Assembly (NCBI GenBank): GCA_947503335.1
Contig: CANNCY010000001.1
Location: 1,090,958-1,154,957 of the forward strand
From: an uncultured Pseudomonadales bacterium
GTDB taxonomy: Bacteria; Pseudomonadota; Gammaproteobacteria; Pseudomonadales; CANNCY01
Length of the DNA: 64,000 nt
Direction: 5' to 3'
Position 1 is the stretch's first letter. Each line of letters begins with the position of its first letter. Shown here piece after piece: positions 58,664 to 64,000 of the stretch. The notes under the pieces were generated by a model. That model saw only the letters and a program-made list of their open reading frames with translations. It had not been told where the DNA came from and made no database searches. Both the position numbers and the translations under genes were made by a program.

Positions 58664-60147
58664 ATTTGAGGCACCTCAATGAACCCATTTAGGGTTAACG
58701 CCAACCAGGTTTCTTGATCAATTTGCCCATGGGTCGCCAAATCATGCTGACGTTGAAATTGGCGAATACGATCTCTAATACGGCCATTGTATAAGCCTGA
58801 TGACAAAGGCGTTGCATGCCCATCAACCTCAGCAAACTTCTTGGCTAGATCGGCAATAACGGGCGACACCGTACCTAGCTGAATGGGTAATTCGACATCA
58901 GACGGCAGCTGCCAAATAAGCATCGCAGATTGCTCGAGCACTTCGTTGACTAAACTTTGAGAGCCATCGGCTTCTAGCCACTGCCACTCGCCAGATTGAC
59001 CTGAAATTGCGACTCTTGCCCTGCCTAGTGATTGATTAACAACTAGTGCACCCTTGATGTTGCGAAGTAAAACATGATCAATCGATTGAACCGACGTACA
59101 CGCCATGTGGCTAGGTTTCGTCGAGCACTCCACCGTTAACGACGGTTCGCCTAGTTGCTTAGCAACAACACTATAGGCCGCCTGTTTACTATGATAAAAA
59201 CCGTTTGCAAAATATAGAATGGCGCCAACAGCTAATACTGTTAGTACAGACACTGCGCTGCCCCACATTGCCCAATTTGTCTTCGACACTTTCTCGTCTA
59301 CCTGCCAGCTATTAACCTCTCTATGCGCTTGATCGATATGATTAAGAGTCAGTTGCTCTACTTGATCAGCATACGCAACAAGTAAAGCCCGTTCTAACAG
59401 CGTATTAACAGACCTAGGAACCCCTTGAGTGTATTTAAAGACGCGATCAGCAACTCTGCCACTAACAAGCTTTTTAGGTGTTTTATAGCCTACGTGATCT
59501 AGACGACAATAGATGTATTCGCGCGTATCAGCTTTAGATAGTGATTTAAGATGTGGGCGATAGGTGATTCGTTGCGCTAACTGGCGAAGTCTAGGTTGCT
59601 GAATTAACTGCCTAAGTTCGGGTTGACCCACAAACACGACAAGTAATAGCTTTTGCTCGTCGGTCTCTAGATTAGTAAGTAAACGCAGCTGCTCCATCGC
59701 TTCAAAACTAAGATGCTGAGCCTCATCGATTACAACCACTGACTGACGACCCGATTCGTAGTTAGTGATTAAAAAGTCTCGAAGCGCATTGAAGTAGCGA
59801 GAAGTAACCGACAAATCAGAATCACGATCTTGGTCAACAGATACCGAAAACTCTCGACATATTTCTACTAACAGTTCTTCGCCCTGTAGATAGGGGTTAA
59901 GCAACAGAGCAAACGTTGTGTTGTGCTGAACACGCGATAGTAAGCGGCGCACAATAGTGGTTTTACCGGTGCCAACTTCGCCAGAGAACAGCACTAGCCC
60001 AGTACCCTGCTGAATAGAATATTCAAGGTTAGCCAACGCCTCGCGGTGATCTTCACTCCAGTAAACCAGTTCTGGATCAGGCGATATTGAGAACGGCGTT
60101 TTGTTGAAACCGAAATACTCATTTAGCATGGCTGCATTCATTACCAA
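58660..60147 (-). CDS. gspA: ExeA/GspA AAA ATPase with peptidoglycan-binding C-terminus
   Basis: PFSISPDP, GEVGTGKTT, VIDEAQ, LRLLTNLETD, GQPEL, GVPRSVN; C-terminal IRQFQRQHDLATHG. Confidence 0.9.
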   Translation of the reverse strand: MVMNAAMLNEYFGFNKTPFSISPDPELVYWSEDHREALANLEYSIQQGTGLVLFSGEVGTGKTTIVRRLLSRVQHNTTFALLLNPYLQGEELLVEICREFSVSVDQDRDSDLSVTSRYFNALRDFLITNYESGRQSVVVIDEAQHLSFEAMEQLRLLTNLETDEQKLLLVVFVGQPELRQLIQQPRLRQLAQRITYRPHLKSLSKADTREYIYCRLDHVGYKTPKKLVSGRVADRVFKYTQGVPRSVNTLLERALLVAYADQVEQLTLNHIDQAHREVNSWQVDEKVSKTNWAMWGSAVSVLTVLAVGAILYFANGFYHSKQAAYSVVAKQLGEPSLTVECSTKPSHMACTSVQSIDHVLLRNIKGALVVNQSLGRARVAISGQSGEWQWLEADGSQSLVNEVLEQSAMLIWQLPSDVELPIQLGTVSPVIADLAKKFAEVDGHATPLSSGLYNGRIRDRIRQFQRQHDLATHGQIDQETWLALTLNGFIEVPQI

Positions 60148-60881
60148 GTACCCGTTAGTTCGTACTGATAAAACATTGGCTGGGGCGAGCTCTTGGCAAA
60201 TCGCGCCAACCTTTTATTAAACTCATCGGTCGCTTCAGAGCCGTCAACACTAAGGCTACATTGGTAGTCGATGACAGATAAACCGCAATACGCGTCTAGC
60301 GCAATCTCACCTTCTTCATTGGTTGAAAATACCGTGAGTCGCCCATCAGTGCTGCCCAGCTGCGCCATTAGTGTTCCGACTTTTGCAGAAGAATTACCAA
60401 ATCTAATTTCATCAGTAGTAGCAGATAACCTGCCGTTTAAAGCCAGTACCGCTTTACTCGCTAAATCGAATCTTGCGTCACTAATCTGCCCAACAAAACT
60501 TGTCTGCTGATTAACCGGCACAGTGCCCTCTACCACAATATTTTCAAGCACCAGCTGATCAGCTGATAGACCCATCCAACCATTGATATTAGAGTCACCC
60601 GCAGAAGCATCAACGTGCAACCAAGGGTCACCAACGACCCAATTGAGTAAACTAATTTGCCACTGCAGATCTTTAACAACACCTACATTGGGCACATCAA
60701 CATTGAGCCCTTTAACGTGCCCATGCCATAGACTGCCCGATATTTGATTGGCAGTGCAGTCTAGCTTTAAAGCCGAAGAGCACCCTTTAAGCATCAATGA
60801 GGCCGGCGCCATTGCCGCCACAAATGTAGCTAATGACAATACAAACAGGCTACCTAGAGCCACCAAACCTTTCCGCATCAC
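60141..60881 (-). CDS. gspN: Type II secretion protein N
   Basis: N-terminal TM, APAS, SGSLWHG, LQWQ; position after gspM. Confidence 0.75.
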   Translation of the reverse strand: MMRKGLVALGSLFVLSLATFVAAMAPASLMLKGCSSALKLDCTANQISGSLWHGHVKGLNVDVPNVGVVKDLQWQISLLNWVVGDPWLHVDASAGDSNINGWMGLSADQLVLENIVVEGTVPVNQQTSFVGQISDARFDLASKAVLALNGRLSATTDEIRFGNSSAKVGTLMAQLGSTDGRLTVFSTNEEGEIALDAYCGLSVIDYQCSLSVDGSEATDEFNKRLARFAKSSPQPMFYQYELTGTW

Positions 60882-61345
60882 GATGCCTCAACTGTTGCCA
60901 CAAAGGCTACACCCGTGCTTTGGGGCCTAATAGAAAGGCTTGAAAATCGCATGCCTTGCTGTTGAGCCGCCGCCATCCAGGCCATCAATGCCGATTGATC
61001 TAAATTGTTGCCGCTAACGTTTACACCATTATCTACTGGCTGCACCACCGCAAACTTTATTTTTTGCTGCTCTGCCAAACGCCCTACTTCGCGCATCAAT
61101 TGATTCGTATTGTTTGCACCAGTATCTATTGCACTCACCCAGCTTCGCATGTCGTCTAACTGAGTCAGAAGTATGCCGTTCTGGCGCTCAACGCGTTCAG
61201 TTTCAGAGACAATAGCGTCTCGCAAAAAATACAAACCAAAGAGTAACGCAGCTATCAATAGTATCGCTAACGCACGTTGATCACGGGCTGGTAATTTCTG
61301 AAATGCCTGCGACAGCTGACGGCTAAAAGATTCTAATACGGGCAT
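60878..61345 (-). CDS. gspM: Type II secretion protein M
   Basis: LPARDQRAL + TM + coiled coil; LMAWM; position after gspL. Confidence 0.8.
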   Translation of the reverse strand: MPVLESFSRQLSQAFQKLPARDQRALAILLIAALLFGLYFLRDAIVSETERVERQNGILLTQLDDMRSWVSAIDTGANNTNQLMREVGRLAEQQKIKFAVVQPVDNGVNVSGNNLDQSALMAWMAAAQQQGMRFSSLSIRPQSTGVAFVATVEAS

Positions 61346-62462
61346 TGCCTCGTCCTCCTGTCATACGCTGCTCTTCTACTTCGAAGGCTATACCACGTTG
61401 CTCTGCACGATTACGTAACTGGTCAATCTTCGCCAAACTGGTTGCAGATACAGCAAACACCACGCCCTCTCGGCCCGGTTGAACATCAACGCGCATCACG
61501 TCTACCGCGATATCAGTGTTTAGCTCGCCAAACACGATTAATGCGCTATTGACCACTGAAGCAGACTGACCCAGCCCTGTTGTGACCATCGACTCCATCA
61601 ACTGATAAGGGTTATTGGCCGTACCTGCCGGCTGTACCTGACGGTACACGTCGACTTGCGCTTGCTTGATCGTTTCTTGGTATTGCTTAGCCTGTAATCG
61701 CTCGGCAAATAGAGTTGCAAAATCAACCACTAACAATAGCGCCAGGGCAACTGCCGGCCATTTGATAGCCTCGGCGTATCGACGCCAAGGTAGTGATGGC
61801 GCAAAGCTACCAATCGCCAGGTTTGGCTCGTCGCCCGTTAGCCCTTCAAAATACCTTATATCTTTTACAGGAACCGAATCGAACTGCTCTTTGATCGCAA
61901 CCGGCTCAACCAAAGCACATTCGCAACGGCGAATCTCTCTAAAGCCCGGTAACACCCCCGCCTTCTCTAGCATAGGTAACGACTCAAAACGACCTGCTAA
62001 CCACTGCCCGTTAGACTGCCATACGCAATTTGGCCCCACCACCATCACGTCAGGGGCGGCGTCAAACAGATCGACTTCACTAACAACACTCGTGATACGC
62101 GATACGCGCGTTCTAAAGTAATCAACCCAACCCTGCAACCAAGCTCTATCAACAGCGCGAACAGAAAGCGCCTCTGCTTCACCAACAGTTACAGCATGCA
62201 GATTAGTTACCTCATCTGCTAGCTGATCTTCTATCGTATATAGTACAGCTTCAGCATCATCCTTAATCGCATTGGGTACACTCACCTTTGCATGGATAAC
62301 TCGTTCTGCCGGTAAAATCAGCGCAATAGACTGTTCAGACACCGACTCCCACTCAACGGGCCAATCGTCAATATGACAAAGGCCCGACCGCCGAAGCTCG
62401 GCATCGAACCAAAAATACTGATCCTGCATATAAGGGCGCACGGCACGCTTTATATCGATCAT
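61323..62462 (-). CDS. gspL: Type II secretion protein L
   Basis: LILPAERV, IEDQLADEV..LH, PNLAIGSFAP, TM; position between K and M. Confidence 0.8.
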   Translation of the reverse strand: MIDIKRAVRPYMQDQYFWFDAELRRSGLCHIDDWPVEWESVSEQSIALILPAERVIHAKVSVPNAIKDDAEAVLYTIEDQLADEVTNLHAVTVGEAEALSVRAVDRAWLQGWVDYFRTRVSRITSVVSEVDLFDAAPDVMVVGPNCVWQSNGQWLAGRFESLPMLEKAGVLPGFREIRRCECALVEPVAIKEQFDSVPVKDIRYFEGLTGDEPNLAIGSFAPSLPWRRYAEAIKWPAVALALLLVVDFATLFAERLQAKQYQETIKQAQVDVYRQVQPAGTANNPYQLMESMVTTGLGQSASVVNSALIVFGELNTDIAVDVMRVDVQPGREGVVFAVSATSLAKIDQLRNRAEQRGIAFEVEEQRMTGGRGNARIRIF

Positions 62463-63473
62463 CTATAGCTCTCCTTTAGCAAAGTGCTTAACCGTTAGCT
62501 CTTTACCATTTCGCTCGGCAATGGCAGTCGCAAAGAACCATCGCCCTTCAATTTGCAAGTCGGCTTCTATCTGCAGCCAATCAGCTGTAACCAATAGATT
62601 GCCCCTATCGACCGCGCCTGCAGTGGCAAGCTGCCTGTACGTCGGCGATTGATCAAAACTGCCAATAGACTCAAATGGAGTCTGCTCGCGTAGCTGTAGC
62701 CATTGTTCGGCCTGATCAATCGCTAACGGCGACAGCTGACTACCCAGGTTAATCGACCGAAGTAATGGCAAGCTAGCCGTATTCACATTAAGCGCTAATT
62801 GATCTGATGGTAAAGCGACTAGATAAGGCTTAATAAAATGATACTGCTCTAACGTGATGTGGCGAATCAATTTTAACTCACTAACACTGATCATTCTTTT
62901 ATTTGCAGCTCGATAACCCGCTTGCGAGACATAGTAATTGTCTTCAGCTCCCTGGGCTCCGGTTACCATTTGATCGTCGTCGATCCAGTCTATCACCGCG
63001 CTTGTGATCTGCTGAGCAGCCATAGCATCAATCTGCGCATCAGGAATCGCCTGTAAAAGCCTTACGAACATACGCTGTGGCTCACTAAAATTTTCGCCTT
63101 GCTGTGGCGGCGTTGCAAGCGCGTTCAGATTGAAACGCGACTGCCCGTCAACTATACGGGCGGCCAGTACTCCGCCTGGCACTGGCATAGCTGGTTGTTC
63201 GACAGCCCAAACATCGGTTAATGCATCATAGCTATCAGTACTATCTGCTTCTAACGCTAGCTGAGCTATATCAGGCAAACTATCTAGTAGATACTGTGAT
63301 TGATAGTAGGCAACCGCCGAATTTGCACCGACAACCGACTTGTAAAAGTCTGTTTGCAGCCTAGTTGCAACCATCGTAACGATCAGCACAACGATCAGCA
63401 TGGTAATCAACGCTGCACCGACCTGTGCTTTCTTAGGTGGCGTGTTAAACGATTTATCGACTGAGTAAAACAA
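62463..63473 (-). CDS. gspK: Type II secretion minor pseudopilin K
   Basis: QVGAALITMLIVV prepilin, DGQSRFNLN, DWIDDD, GAEDNYY, SELKLI, LNVNTA. Confidence 0.92.
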   Translation of the reverse strand: MFYSVDKSFNTPPKKAQVGAALITMLIVVLIVTMVATRLQTDFYKSVVGANSAVAYYQSQYLLDSLPDIAQLALEADSTDSYDALTDVWAVEQPAMPVPGGVLAARIVDGQSRFNLNALATPPQQGENFSEPQRMFVRLLQAIPDAQIDAMAAQQITSAVIDWIDDDQMVTGAQGAEDNYYVSQAGYRAANKRMISVSELKLIRHITLEQYHFIKPYLVALPSDQLALNVNTASLPLLRSINLGSQLSPLAIDQAEQWLQLREQTPFESIGSFDQSPTYRQLATAGAVDRGNLLVTADWLQIEADLQIEGRWFFATAIAERNGKELTVKHFAKGEL

Positions 63474-64000
63474 TGCGTTTCACCTCGCCTATCGTTGCTT
63501 GCGTTAACCTGATTTCGACGGCTAGCGGAGCAAGAAACGCACCTTGCTCATCTGTTTCTGTGCCCCATCGCTCGTACTCATTTACGCGACCACTTTGACG
63601 CTCAAAGTACAGAATTTCGAACTGACTAACATCTTCTAACAGCTTTACCGACTGCTTGGGCTCTTCGTCAACACGATCAATTTGCCACCACTGATCGCGC
63701 CAAAGTTCGTCGTCAACTAAACGATAGGCCACTCTAGCTAGCCCACTTTGATACTGTCGATCACTGCGATAAACGCCGTTTCTAGTTAACTCAACAATCT
63801 TAACAGCGTCGTAACCGCCTTGAATACTGGCCTCTTGAACGCCAAATTCATTCAAGATATCGCGTGGCACATAGTGTTGAAAATCGTCTCCTAATAGCTG
63901 AATAGCCTGTTGTGCAGCAGCCATTTCACTGCTCACTCTGGCAACCTGCTCGCCAGCATCACCGCTGGTTTTGATTGCCTGAAATGCCGCCAAAGCAATT
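63454..64000 (-). CDS. gspJ: Type II secretion minor pseudopilin J (5' end outside window)
   Basis: Frame open to window edge (IALAAFQ); DFQHYVPR, LTRNG, RVAYRL, PLAVEIRL. Confidence 0.85.
   Translation of the reverse strand, partial: IALAAFQAIKTSGDAGEQVARVSSEMAAAQQAIQLLGDDFQHYVPRDILNEFGVQEASIQGGYDAVKIVELTRNGVYRSDRQYQSGLARVAYRLVDDELWRDQWWQIDRVDEEPKQSVKLLEDVSQFEILYFERQSGRVNEYERWGTETDEQGAFLAPLAVEIRLTQATIGEVKRIVLLSR

Overview
Gene-dense chromosomal window from a marine-type gammaproteobacterium (order not assignable from sequence alone). Mostly core and metabolic genes: partial hrpA; a TonB-C-domain protein; a long minus-strand run ffs-dnaX-ybaB-recR-rnd-ycgL-ycgN-hyp-VWA-GNAT-MoxR-VWA-fadD; sseA, leuA, msrA; several exported peptidases; rmuC; two head-to-head phosphoribosyltransferase paralogues; a BKACE-MarR-thioesterase operon; a P-type ATPase; tRNA-Ser(GGA); cyaB-like cyclase, queF; a GntR/YtrA-type ABC module facing a patatin lipoprotein; a RutR-type purine uptake/guanine deaminase cluster; truC, recQ; and the distal half of a type II secretion operon (gspJKLMN followed by exeAB). 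No integrase, transposase, CRISPR array or rRNA was seen. Strongest signals: (1) a carnitine-type BKACE and thioesterase co-transcribed with a CosR/EctR-like osmoregulator, with two candidate operators upstream; (2) a complete E. coli-style -1 frameshift cassette in dnaX; (3) divergent PRT twins, one with an altered PRPP-loop motif; (4) candidate RutR and YtrA operators. All functional calls rest on motif recognition from memory; no database searches were run.
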